A stretch of 64,000 bases of DNA from an uncultured Gemmatimonadaceae bacterium. Its GTDB lineage: Bacteria > Gemmatimonadota > Gemmatimonadetes > Gemmatimonadales > Gemmatimonadaceae. The notes under the pieces are model-generated. The model searched no databases. It worked only from the letters and a program-made list of their open reading frames with translations, and was not told the origin of the DNA. The DNA lies in contig CAWAGQ010000011.1 of NCBI GenBank assembly GCA_963781585.1, positions 352,001 to 416,000 on the forward strand, in the 5' to 3' direction. Made by a program: the position numbers and the translations under genes. Position 1 is the first letter of the stretch, and each line of letters opens with the position of its first letter. This document shows positions 31,365 through 41,450 of this stretch, one piece after another.

Positions 31365-32270
31365 ATGAGCCCACTCCTGATTGCTCTGCTCGCGTTTGGC
31401 GCCGTCGCCATCATCGTGGCGGGTGCAGCGCTCTACTCGATGCTCCAGCGGCGCGAGCTGCTCCGGCGAGCGACGGAGGAGATGGATTTCGATACGGCAA
31501 CGCGGTTGTTGCGGCCGGAGGAGGGTGGGGGCGGGAAGCTGCGGGCGCGGCTGGAGGCAATGGCAAAGCAGCGCGCCACCGATGCCGAGATGCAATCGAA
31601 GCTCGTGCAGGCGGGATTCGATTCCACCACCGCGCCGGCGGTCTTCTTCCTGTCGCGCATCGGATCGTTCGTCCTGATACCTGTCGTTGCGTTCGTCTTG
31701 GTTCCCCGGCGCGAATACGTGCTGCTGATCATGACGATGGCCGTGGCGGTGTTCTTCGGGCTCATCCTGCCGGTGGCGCTGCTTGACCGGTTCGTCCGGC
31801 TCCGGCAGGAGCGGATCAGGCGGTCCGTCCCCGATGCCCTGGACCTCCTGGTGGTGTGCGTGGAAGCGGGAATCTCGCTGGATGCGGCCATTCTGCGGGT
31901 GGCCCGGGAGATCCGGCTGGTACACCCGGAGCTGGCGCACGAGCTGGCGGTGGTGAACCGCGTGACCAATGCGGGCATCCCGAGGGAGGAGGCGTTGCGC
32001 GGGCTCTGGCAGCGGACCGGGGTAGTCGACCTTCGCGCGCTGGTATCGAGCATGATCCAGAGCGAGCGATGGGGGACGAGCATCGCCACGGTACTGAGGG
32101 TTGCGGGGGAAACGCTACGCCGGAAACGGCGCCAGCTGGCCGAACGGAAGGCGAAGATGGCCGCCCTCAAGATGACCTTCCCCTTGCTCCTCTTCATTCT
32201 CCCCGCCCTATTTGTGGTGATCCTGGGACCGGCTGTGGTAAGTATTGTGCAGGAATTCAGGAAGATCTGA
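31365..32270 (+). CDS. tadC: TadC inner-membrane platform protein
   Basis: PDALDLLVVCVEAG, QSERWGTSI, KMTFPLLLFILP. Confidence 0.93.
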   Translation: MSPLLIALLAFGAVAIIVAGAALYSMLQRRELLRRATEEMDFDTATRLLRPEEGGGGKLRARLEAMAKQRATDAEMQSKLVQAGFDSTTAPAVFFLSRIGSFVLIPVVAFVLVPRREYVLLIMTMAVAVFFGLILPVALLDRFVRLRQERIRRSVPDALDLLVVCVEAGISLDAAILRVAREIRLVHPELAHELAVVNRVTNAGIPREEALRGLWQRTGVVDLRALVSSMIQSERWGTSIATVLRVAGETLRRKRRQLAERKAKMAALKMTFPLLLFILPALFVVILGPAVVSIVQEFRKI

Positions 32271-32344
32271 CCGGCGGGCGACGACTGTGAAACGCCTTCT
32301 CGCGCGTTTCATTTTCCACCGAGCGAGAAGCGGGAGGAGGAGCA

Positions 32345-33563
32345 ATGCCAGGAGGAATGCGGTCGCGCCGTGGCGCCATCGTCGTGATGGTTGGCGTGAT
32401 GTTCATGGCCATCGTCGCCATTTCGGCGATCGCCATCGATTTCAGCAGGCTGTGGAGCGTCAGAAACGAGCTCGAAGACGTCCGCCGACGCGGCGGCGCT
32501 TGCGGGCGCCATCCAGTTCATTCAGCCCCGCCTGAAGTCCAAGGCCGATTCGTTCGCGCGCGCCTACGCGAGGCAGAATCTGGTCATGGCAGGTACCGAC
32601 TCTGTCGAGCAGGTGATCATCGGCAAGTGGGACGACAACACCGCCACCTTTACTCCGGGCGCACCGGATTCGACGGCGATCCATGTAGTGGTTAGCCGCC
32701 AGTCGTCCGGGCTGATCATGAACGCCTTTGGAGTGCCGAGTCCGCGGATGCGCGCGAGCGCCATTGCGTGGGCGGATGCGCCAGTGGCGACCACCTCGTG
32801 CATCAAGCCGTGGGCGGTCCCCTTCGTGACGTTGATGTACCGGGTGAATGTGTATCGCAACGCGCACGAGTCGCCGTCTCCATTCGTACCGCCGGACTCG
32901 TGGGGGAACCTCACGAGGCCGTTCGATCAGACCAACGACATTGCTGCACTCAACAGCATGACGGTTGCGGAACGGACTTTCGATCTCAAGTTGGGCTCTG
33001 GCGGGGCGTTCAACGACTCGGTTACACAGGCGATGCCGGGGAACTACCAGGCGGTCGAGCTGCCCAAGTTGTGGGACGTAGCCACCCGGACGTATCCCAC
33101 ACCGGGACCGCAGAGCGGAGCGCAGGCGTACGAGGACAACGTGTCGGGCGCCACCTGCTACGGCTTGTCAGTTGGCGACTCACTGACGACCGAGCCGGGG
33201 AACAAAGTAGGGCCCACCGTCAAGGGCGTGACCGCTGGGCCCTGTCCGACGTTGCGCGGCTCCACCGACAACACTTCCCAGAGTTCCTCCGCATTCGGGG
33301 ACTGTCTGGACGCGAACGGCCTGCCCCCGGACATCAAGGCCGCGTTCTACTACTGCAGCTCGGGGTGCAACGGAAAGTCCACCGTGTCGGTCAACCTGCT
33401 GGGGTCATTCACGCTGACAAAGGTGTTCCCTGAGAACTCCAAGAAGTCGGCCTACCGGCAGTTCGACAAGGCGGAGATCATGGGGATCTACAACCCGATT
33501 CAGGACTCCGGTCCTGTCGGTGGCGCGAGCACGACGCTGCAGCGCCCCATTTTGGTGAGGTGA
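32345..33563 (+). pseudogene. tadG: TadG-like tip pseudopilin with a +1 frameshift near 32474-32477 (real or sequencing error)
   Basis: RRG|AIVV..AIDFSRLWSVRNEL in one frame continues as TSADAAALAGA in the next frame, which runs into ORF 32586-33563. Confidence 0.8.
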
Positions 33564-33590
33564 GGTCGCCCGGGAAGCGGGTTGGTCAGA

Positions 33591-33640
33591 GAGGCCGGTG
33601 AGGCTTGACGCTTCACCGGCCTCGGTCATTTTGTCCTTTC
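33591..33640 (+). terminator. Probable intrinsic terminator of the tad operon
   Basis: GAGGCCGGTGAGGC-ttgac-GCTTCACCGGCCTC 14-bp stem followed by an interrupted T-rich tract. Confidence 0.7.
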
Positions 33641-33724
33641 ATCGTCGGTCGACACATTGCTCTCCGTCGGCCATTCCAGTGTTGGCGGTCGGACGTAGGC
33701 ACAGGCATTGCCTATAATTAGGTC

Positions 33725-35317
33725 GTGTTGATAGCCCCTAGAAATCTCGCGGCGGCCATCGCGGGCTCGGCGCTGCTGTGCGGCTCGGTGCAGGCCCAGA
33801 TTCCGAGACTCGCCCCCCCGCCACCGTGCCGGATTCCGGCAGCGGCCTCGTCGCCCGTGGCGTCGCTCCAGGGCGGCCTGCTTGGCCGCACATCGGGCGG
33901 CATGTCGGTGGCGATCCTCCCGTTCGACCAGGACATCGCCGAGGCGGAGAGGCTGCACGTACCGTGGGCGCTGGGGCAGCGCGTGACCGCTGAGCTGGCG
34001 CGGAACGGTCGCCTGCGCCTTCTGTCGCAGGAAAGCGTCTCGCGCGCCGTGACCCAGTCCGGCGGTATGCGCGACTCTACCCTGCGTCTGCTCAAGTCGG
34101 AGTATGTCCTCACCGGACGGATTTCACAGGAGAAGGGGCGCCAGGATGTGGACGTGGCGCTGTTTCGGTCGGGACAGACCGCACCGGTCTGGCGCGCCAC
34201 CTTCGGTACGTCCTGGACGCTCCAGGCGATGGTAAACGCCATCGCTGGGGGCGTTGAGAAGACGGTCCTGGGTAATGTGGAACAGTCGCGGACGTCGTTG
34301 AGGCCGCGAAATGCCGAAGCGTATGACGCCGTTGCGGCAGGAGACTTCGCGCTGGAGTCCACGACGCTGGGCGGAGCGGACTCGGCCCGGGCGGCATATG
34401 AGCGCGCGCTGCGACTCTCGCCAACGTCCGCGGTGGCGGCATCGCGACTGGCGCTGGCCCTGGTGGCCATCCTGGAACGGGGAGGGCAGGTACCCGGGTC
34501 CAGCAGCCTGGCCCTGACGAACCGGGTGGACGCTCTCGTTACTCAAGCGCTGGCCGCGGATTCGACGTGGGGGCAGGCGTGGACCGTACGGGCGATGCTG
34601 GCTCGGTTGCGCGACCCGGTGCATTTCGAGGGGGCCGTGGCGGCGCACGCGCGCGCCATTGCTCTCTCGCGCGACGATGCCGAGGCCGAGTACGAGTACG
34701 GGGCGACGCTGATGCGGCTTGGGGAGGATCGGGCGGCGGAAGCGCATTTCCACCGGGCGCTGGCGCTGGAGCCCAACGACGCGGCGGCACTCGCTGCGCT
34801 GAGTGAGCTGGCGCTGCGTCAGAATCGGTGGGTCGAGGGCTGCGCATTCGCGAATGCCAGTATCGAGGCTTGGCCCTTCGACCCGGTGCCGTACGCGGCG
34901 CGGGCGCGTGCGCGCCTGCACCTCTCGCAGGCGCGTGACGCGTATTCCGACGCCGAGACAGCGGGGCGGCTCACGGGGGCGGCGTGGGTGGCGGCGCTGC
35001 ACGTGCTCGTGGAGGTGGGGGCGGACGGGGTGGACCGGGCGCGGCCACCGGCGATGGCGCTGGTGGCACGGTGGCTCGGTCCGGGACGACAACTCACGCC
35101 GCGCGATGCGTCCTATCTGGCGATGGCATTCGTGTCCGTGAATGAGCCGCGGTACGCGGTGGAGGCGGTGCGACGCGTGCGGCCGCTGGGGGCCGATCTG
35201 GTCACCAACATGCGCGATTCGGCGCTGGCGTCAGTGCGCGGGGACACAACTGTGGTGCGGCTGCTGGGCGAGGCAAGGGGCGGACGGGGGAGCGGCGAGA
35301 ACCTGCCGCGCAAGTAG
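33725..35317 (+). CDS. Exported TolB-like plus TPR repeat protein
   Basis: Signal peptide (..VQA|Q), VAILPF, several TPR-like helices (AYERALRLSP, FHRALALEPND). Confidence 0.75.
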   Translation: MLIAPRNLAAAIAGSALLCGSVQAQIPRLAPPPPCRIPAAASSPVASLQGGLLGRTSGGMSVAILPFDQDIAEAERLHVPWALGQRVTAELARNGRLRLLSQESVSRAVTQSGGMRDSTLRLLKSEYVLTGRISQEKGRQDVDVALFRSGQTAPVWRATFGTSWTLQAMVNAIAGGVEKTVLGNVEQSRTSLRPRNAEAYDAVAAGDFALESTTLGGADSARAAYERALRLSPTSAVAASRLALALVAILERGGQVPGSSSLALTNRVDALVTQALAADSTWGQAWTVRAMLARLRDPVHFEGAVAAHARAIALSRDDAEAEYEYGATLMRLGEDRAAEAHFHRALALEPNDAAALAALSELALRQNRWVEGCAFANASIEAWPFDPVPYAARARARLHLSQARDAYSDAETAGRLTGAAWVAALHVLVEVGADGVDRARPPAMALVARWLGPGRQLTPRDASYLAMAFVSVNEPRYAVEAVRRVRPLGADLVTNMRDSALASVRGDTTVVRLLGEARGGRGSGENLPRK

Positions 35318-35360
35318 CCGGTCGCGGGCGACACGGAATCCGACGCGAAGCCTGAGACAA

Positions 35361-36614
35361 ATGACCACCCTTCCGCGGCTGATGCGCGAGGGTTCCCGTG
35401 ACTCCGGGGACGAAGGCGGCGTTGTCGCGCCTCCCGCGATCGAGCTGAGCGTGGTGATGCCATGCCTCAACGAAGCGGAGACCATCGAGGTCTGTGTGCG
35501 CAAGGCGTTCGCCTCGCTGGAGCGCCTGGGGATCGCGGGTGAGGTCATCGTGGCCGACAATGGCAGCGCCGATGGATCGCGCGAGCTGGCGCGGGCACTC
35601 GGCGCGCGGGTCATCGACGTGGCGGTGCGCGGGTACGGGGCCGCGCTCCAGGAAGGCATTCGCGCGGCGCGTGGCGAGTACATCATCATGGGCGACGCCG
35701 ATGACAGCTATGACTTCGGCGAAATCCCGCGCATCTACGCGAAGCTCCGTGAGGGTTACGATCTGGTGCAGGGGTGCCGCCTGGAGAGTGGCGGGGGGCG
35801 CGTGATGCCGGGCGCGATGCCGTTCACCCACCGATGGTGGGGGAACCCCATGTTCTCATGGATGGCGCGCCAGTGGTTCGGTGCGCCGATTCACGACGTG
35901 TATTGCGGCCTGCGCGGATTTACCCGGCAGCACGTCGCGCGGCTGGACCTGCGATGCACAGGGATGGAGTACGCCACCGAGATGATCATCAAGTCCAGCC
36001 TCTTCGGCAGCCGGGTGGCGGAGGTGCCGATCACCCTTCACCAGGACGGTCGGAAGAGCCACGCACCGCACCTGCGCACGTTCCGGGATGGATGGCGCAC
36101 GCTGCGGTTCTTTCTGATGTACAGTCCGCGCTGGCTGTTCCTGCTGCCTGGGGCCGCGCTCATTCTGTTCGGAATCGTGGGCTATTTCCTGGCGCTTCCC
36201 GGAGTGAGGGTTCGAGGCCTGCACTTCGACGCGCACACGCTGCTGTTCGCCAGTCTCGCAATCATAGCTGGCCATCAGGCGATCACGTTTGCCGTCTTCG
36301 CCAAGGCATACGCCGTGAGCCAGGGACTCCTGCCAGTGGATGACCGTCTGAACTCGGCGATCCGCCGGATCACCTTGGAGCGCGGACTGGTGCTGGGTGC
36401 AGCGTGCGTCGCATCGGGCGCCGGGCTGCTGGCTGCGGCGGTGCTCCAATGGCGGGCCGCGGGCTTCGGCGCCCTGGATTACAGCCACACGATGCGGTGG
36501 GTCATTCCGGGGGTAACCCTCTCGGTGCTCGGGCTTCAGACGGTGTTCTCGAGTTTCTTCCTGAGCATACTGGGGCTCGGCCTCGGCTATCCGGGCGCGT
36601 CGTCGAGAGGGTGA
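35361..36614 (+). CDS. GT2 polyprenyl-phosphate glycosyltransferase (DPM1-like) with C-terminal TM helices
   Basis: LSVVMPCLNE, ADNGSADGS, RGYGAAL, MGDADDSY, GMEYATEM, DGWRTLRF. Confidence 0.9.
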   Translation: MTTLPRLMREGSRDSGDEGGVVAPPAIELSVVMPCLNEAETIEVCVRKAFASLERLGIAGEVIVADNGSADGSRELARALGARVIDVAVRGYGAALQEGIRAARGEYIIMGDADDSYDFGEIPRIYAKLREGYDLVQGCRLESGGGRVMPGAMPFTHRWWGNPMFSWMARQWFGAPIHDVYCGLRGFTRQHVARLDLRCTGMEYATEMIIKSSLFGSRVAEVPITLHQDGRKSHAPHLRTFRDGWRTLRFFLMYSPRWLFLLPGAALILFGIVGYFLALPGVRVRGLHFDAHTLLFASLAIIAGHQAITFAVFAKAYAVSQGLLPVDDRLNSAIRRITLERGLVLGAACVASGAGLLAAAVLQWRAAGFGALDYSHTMRWVIPGVTLSVLGLQTVFSSFFLSILGLGLGYPGASSRG

Positions 36615-36703
36615 GCGTGCGTCAAGCGCCACGGTCGGCATCGCCAACCGACAGGCGAACACGCTCCTTTGTGCAAATGGAATTCCGACCTCGCCTCATT
36701 TCT

Positions 36704-37309
36704 CTAGGCGTTCTGCACATGCGTGAGGCGCGCGACGAAGTGCAGAGAGCGCTCGAAGATCCAGGAGGCAGGGCGCGGATAGAGCCCCAGCGATCCCACC
36801 ATCGCGTCCACGCGCAGTCCCGCCTCTTGCCACATCGCGTCCCATTCGGCGCGTGCGAAATAGTTGTATGGCAGCCGCACGCCGAATCGTGCATTGCCAA
36901 TCCAGTCCATGAAGCGAAGCGTAGGCACTGCCAGCATTCCTTTCCGCAAATGGTCCTTGATCACCACGGCGTCCGAGGCAACGCGGGACGCCTCCTGCAG
37001 CAGGCCGCGCGCATCTTCCGCGTGATGCAGTACGTCCACGAACATCACGACGTCAACCTCGCCGGTCTTGGCGGGGAGGCCATACCCGTCGAAGGGGCGC
37101 ACATCGATATGAGTGGTTGGACGAACCAGCACGTCCACGCCTCGAACGCGGAGATCCGGGCGTCGATCGAGAAGCATCCGGTCGATCAGCCCATCTCCGG
37201 CACCGACGTCGAGCACCGATGCACCAGACGGAATCATGGAATCGAGCAGCTCAGCCAGTCGTCGCACGCGCGGGCGATGCACGAAGGTGTGATGTAATGA
37301 TCCGAGCAT
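36704..37309 (-). CDS. Class I SAM-dependent methyltransferase
   Basis: VLDVGAGDG, GVDV, FVDVLHH, LQEASRV. Confidence 0.88.
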   Translation of the reverse strand: MLGSLHHTFVHRPRVRRLAELLDSMIPSGASVLDVGAGDGLIDRMLLDRRPDLRVRGVDVLVRPTTHIDVRPFDGYGLPAKTGEVDVVMFVDVLHHAEDARGLLQEASRVASDAVVIKDHLRKGMLAVPTLRFMDWIGNARFGVRLPYNYFARAEWDAMWQEAGLRVDAMVGSLGLYPRPASWIFERSLHFVARLTHVQNA

Positions 37310-37601
37310 ATCGATTGTTTCACTCCGCCATCGAGTTAGTGCCGAATCGCCCGCAAGAGAGCCGCGGGAACGCGCCAGCGGACAAGTACGGGTACTTGGG
37401 CCAGCGTTCTGACAGCGGGAATGTAGTGATCCTCCAACGGGAGCGCGTCGAGCAGGTCCGGAACTTGCCACCCTTGGCATGGACGAGTAGTTGGCCGTCC
37501 ATCGGCGCCTGCTCCCGTGAAATGATGCCTTGGTGCAGTGGAGCCGAGCTGTGGGGATAGACTGCGGCAGTGTCTGGAGACGCTTGTAAGAATGAATCAT
37601 C

Positions 37602-40453
37602 GTGACTGATCGAGAACGGCAGTTCGGCGCGAGGAACTGGATGGTGGCGGCGGTATGGTTCGCTCTGGCTGCAGCCTCGATTCACCTCCTCTACGTCCTC
37701 TACGTGCGGCATGTCGAGCATGAGTTGACGTGGACGGGGCGTGAGTTCCTGTGGATGGCGCCTCTGTCCTACCTGCTCGTTTACGCCATGGTAGGCAGCC
37801 TGGGGGGCATCGTCGCCTTCTACCGCCCTGCGGCCGGCCGACCGCGAGTCGTCGTCACCGTTCTCGCGGCGGTTACCATCTTCGGCGCGCTCCTGTTGCT
37901 CCTCCCCAGGATTCATCCCCTGGCCTCGGCCGCTTTCGCAGCGGGTGTGGCGATGCAGGTCGCACGCCGAGCGCGAGCCGCAAGTTCTCACATCCCGATT
38001 GTCGTTCGTCTGGCCGCTCTGCCTGCGATTGTCATCGGGCTGTTCGGGGGCGTGGAGCAGGTCTCGCGGCAATGGCGGGAGGACCGGACCTTGGTGGCGC
38101 AGAGTCCCCCGCCCGGCGCACCTAACGTGATTCTCATCGTCATGGACGCCGTTCGTGCCGACAATACCAGCGCGTACGGGTATCCGGAGCCTACCACGCC
38201 GACACTCGAGCGCCTGGCCCGTGAGGGCGTGCTCTTCGAACGGGCGTTCGCCACCGCGCCGTGGTCCCTGCCGTCACATGCGGGGATCTTTACCGGGCTG
38301 CTTCCCAGCGAGCTGTATGCAGACTGGAAAACGCCGTTTCGGCGGAATGTTCCCACGCTTGCCGAGCAGTTGCGTGATCACGGGTGGGCGACCGGGATGT
38401 TCAGCGCGAACGTGGGCTACGTGACGTGGGAGACCGGGCTGTCCCGCGGTTTCATCCATGTGGACGACTACCCCCTGCTAGTCGCAGAGATGGTTCGCTG
38501 CAATGTCTTCGAACAAGCGCTCCAGCGGCACCGCTCCTGCGTTTCGCGGCGCCCCGTGGATGTTCAATGACCACTATCGTCGCGGCGCACAACAGATTGT
38601 TGACCGTTTTCTGCCGTGGCAGGCTCGGGTTGGCCCTCGGCCGTTCTTCGCGTTTCTAAACCTGCTCGACGCCCACGAACCGCCGATGGTGAACCCTTCG
38701 ACTCTCGGCCGGTTCGTGCGCTCCACAAAGTCCCAAGACGCGGCAGAGTACGATGCGGCCATAGCGGACATGGACGGTGAAATAGGGCGGTTGGTGGATT
38801 CCCTGTCGCGCCGCGGCGTGCTGAATCGGACGCTCGTCATAGTTACCTCGGATCACGGGCAGCTCCTTGGCGAACACGGGCTGATTCTACCACGGAAACA
38901 GTCTCTACCGACGAGTGCTTCAGGTGCCACTTGTCCTCGAGATTCCCCGGGCGCGTCCCGGCCGGCTGGCGCGTGCACCAAGTGACGTCTCTGCGCGAAT
39001 TGACGGCAACGATTCTGCATTTGACGAGGATAGGGCCAGCCGGTTCGGACAGCCTCTCGTTGTCGCGCTTCTGGAGGCGCTACAGGTGAAGCTGGGCGAG
39101 GATGGTGACGTTGCGCTCGCTCAGGTTAGCTTCTCGCGCGCGGACGGTGGCTCCGATGAAGATGGCCCGCTAGCGCGGCTGCTCGCGGTGATTGCCCCGC
39201 ATTACCCGAAGGCCGGCAACGGCCGGCAGCCGATCGGGCTGGAGCGGATGTTGCGCGTCTACTTTCTGCAGCAGTGGTTCAACTTGTCCGATCCGCAGGC
39301 CGAGGACACCATCTATGATAGTGAGTCGATGCGGCGCTTCGCCGGGGTGGAGTTGGGCGAGGACGTGATCCCGGACGAGACCACCATCCTGCGGTTCCGG
39401 CACCTCTTGGAGCGGCATCAGCTCACGGAAGCGATCTTCGCCGAGATCCGCGCGCTGTTGGCGGAGAAACGGTTGCTCTTGAAGGCGGGGACGATCGTGG
39501 ATGCGACGATCATCGCGGCGCCGGGGTCGACGAAGAACGCCGACAAGGCGCGGGATCCCGAGATGCGCCAGACCCGGAAGGGCAAGTCGTGGCACTTCGG
39601 GATGAAACTCCACGTGGGGACCGACACGCACGGGGTGGTGCACCACGTGATCGCGACGGATGCCGCGGTGGCGGATATCACCCAACTGCCGGCCTTGCTG
39701 CTCGGGACGGAGCGGGTGGTCTACGGGGATCAAGCCTATTGGAAGGAAGATCATCGCCAGCAGTGGCAGCTCTCAGGTGGGACCTATCGGGTGAACCGGC
39801 GCGGCACGACGACACACCCGCTGACCCCGCACCAGAAGGCAGTCAACCGGACGCGGTCCCAGTGCCGGGCCCTCGGGGAGCATCCCTTTCAGGTGGTGAA
39901 ATACCTCTGGGGCTTCATGAAAGTGCGGTACCGCGGTCTCGCGAAGAATGCGGCGCGTGCGTACACCATGTTCGGGTTGGCCAATCTCTATCGGATGCGG
40001 CGCCGCTTGCTCCCCGAGGATTCCGCCCATGCCTGACGTAAGACCTCCCGCGCACTCGCGACGGAGCCGCCGCACGCCAACCGATGGTCGGGACCGATCC
40101 GAACCGGGCGTCGCCCCAACCCTGTTATCCGCCTAACCAGTCGATCACTCATGCATGCCGTCCACGCAGCACCCTGTGCAGATGCGCTCATCGGTGACCG
40201 CTGGTACTACATCGAAGGCCCCGCGCACAGAGGGAGCTGTTACGACTACACCATCGACACTGCCTAAGCCATCAACTTGGCGGACGACTCCGCGTATCGA
40301 GACACCGTGGCCATGCTCTCGCGGAAACTGCGGAGCGTGGCGCCACGATCGGCGCCGCTGGAGGGAACGGCCGCGATCCGCCCTGATTGCGCGCAGACGG
40401 CTCGGCCTGCACGATGCGACGGTGAGGGTAATGCCGGCTGTGCCTCAAGCTGA
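37602..40453 (+). pseudogene. Membrane-anchored sulfatase-like hydrolase/transferase, frameshifted and split by an IS5 remnant
   Basis: About 5 N-terminal TM, PNVILIVMDAVRAD, APWSLPSH; TSDHG and HGNSLY..VPL in successive +1 frames; C-terminus ALIGDRWYYI..YD..(TAA)..NLAD resumes at about 40184. Confidence 0.8.
39173..40183 (+). mobile_element. IS5-family element remnant (5'-truncated transposase, stop at 40036)
   Basis: IAPHYPK..LERMLRVYFLQQWFNLSDP, IPDETTILRFRHLL, IVDATII, WHFGMKLH, YGDQAY, EHPF, KVRYRGLAKN; N-terminus and left IR missing. Confidence 0.9.
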
Positions 40454-40469
40454 CTGGTGCTGTCCAGAG

Positions 40470-41450
40470 TCATGGCCACCTGGACGCCGCCTCTCCTTCG
40501 GCAGATCGCAGCACAATCCAGAGCGCGGGAAGATAGATCAGCGCGATAGTGGCATACGCGCCCGGCGTACGCGGAACCGGGTGAACGTGGCGAAGGTGTT
40601 GGTCGCCGGCAGCACAATGACCACGACCGCGGAGAGAAGCGAAAGCAGCAGTACGCCTCGTAGCGTGGGCGGCAATGAGACAGAGCAGGAATGCCGCGCT
40701 GACCCCCGGTGTCTGGGGAACGATGGAAAGCGCCGCCAGCAGCCTCCCTTCCCACCGGCGCCAGCGCAGCAACGACAGCACCAGCGGAAATCCAATAGGA
40801 AGCATGATCGGAGAGAGGAAGTGTGTGGAGCCGTGCAGCGCGCCGCGCCACTCGCCGAACCACGAGGGCTGAATCGCGAAGGCGACGACCGTCATGGCAA
40901 GAGCACTGCTTCCCCCGATGATCGCCCCACGAAGCGATCGCGACCCCGCCAGAACGGCGAGGCCCAGATTCGGCTTGGCCGCCAGGAACGGCCCGAACCA
41001 CGGCGCGAACAGCGCGCACGCGAGCAGCGGCGGCCATTGCACGATCTTCACATTGATCATGAAGGCGACCGACAGGAACGCGGGGAGGCGGTGGTAGCTG
41101 TCTCTCGTGCTGACGAACGCGAGCGCGGCCGCCGAGGCGCCCACCATGACCACCCGAGCCGCGAGCAGCGGGAGCGCGGCGACGGGAGCGACGAGCATCG
41201 CGGCCGGAAGTGGATAGTAGAAGGGAAACGGATAATCGAACTCGCGCCCGGGTCCGATGAGATCATACGGATCGCGTCCGTGGAGGAGCGCCCGCGCGGC
41301 GAACCAGATCTGGTCGAAGTCGGTCACCGCATCCGGGAACTTGTGCCCGAATCGAAACGTGACCGCCGCGGCGATGACCCCGATACCGAGGGCGATGCCC
41401 AGCCGGTGTTCGAGGGGAACGAGCTGCGGGCGCGAAGAATGGGAATTCAT
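40470..41450 (-). CDS. GT87/DUF2029-like membrane glycosyltransferase, paralogue 2 (compensating frameshifts near 40673 and 40570)
   Basis: TDFDQIWFAARALLHGRDPY, YYPLP, VQW, AKPNLG, PQTP; a TM helix (PTLRGVLLLSLLSAVVVIVL) sits in an alternative frame. Confidence 0.7.
   Translation of the reverse strand: MNSHSSRPQLVPLEHRLGIALGIGVIAAAVTFRFGHKFPDAVTDFDQIWFAARALLHGRDPYDLIGPGREFDYPFPFYYPLPAAMLVAPVAALPLLAARVVMVGASAAALAFVSTRDSYHRLPAFLSVAFMINVKIVQWPPLLACALFAPWFGPFLAAKPNLGLAVLAGSRSLRGAIIGGSSALAMTVVAFAIQPSWFGEWRGALHGSTHFLSPIMLPIGFPLVLSLLRWRRWEGRLLAALSIVPQTPGVSAAFLLCLIAAHATRRTAAFASLRGRGHCAAGDQHLRHVHPVPRTPGAYATIALIYLPALWIVLRSAEGEAASRWP

Noticed and set aside
38915..39172. N-terminal extension of the 373-aa IS5 ORF as a novel transposase domain
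   Set aside because: It is sulfatase-derived sequence (LQVPLVL, DVALAQVS) that happens to be in frame with the truncated transposase
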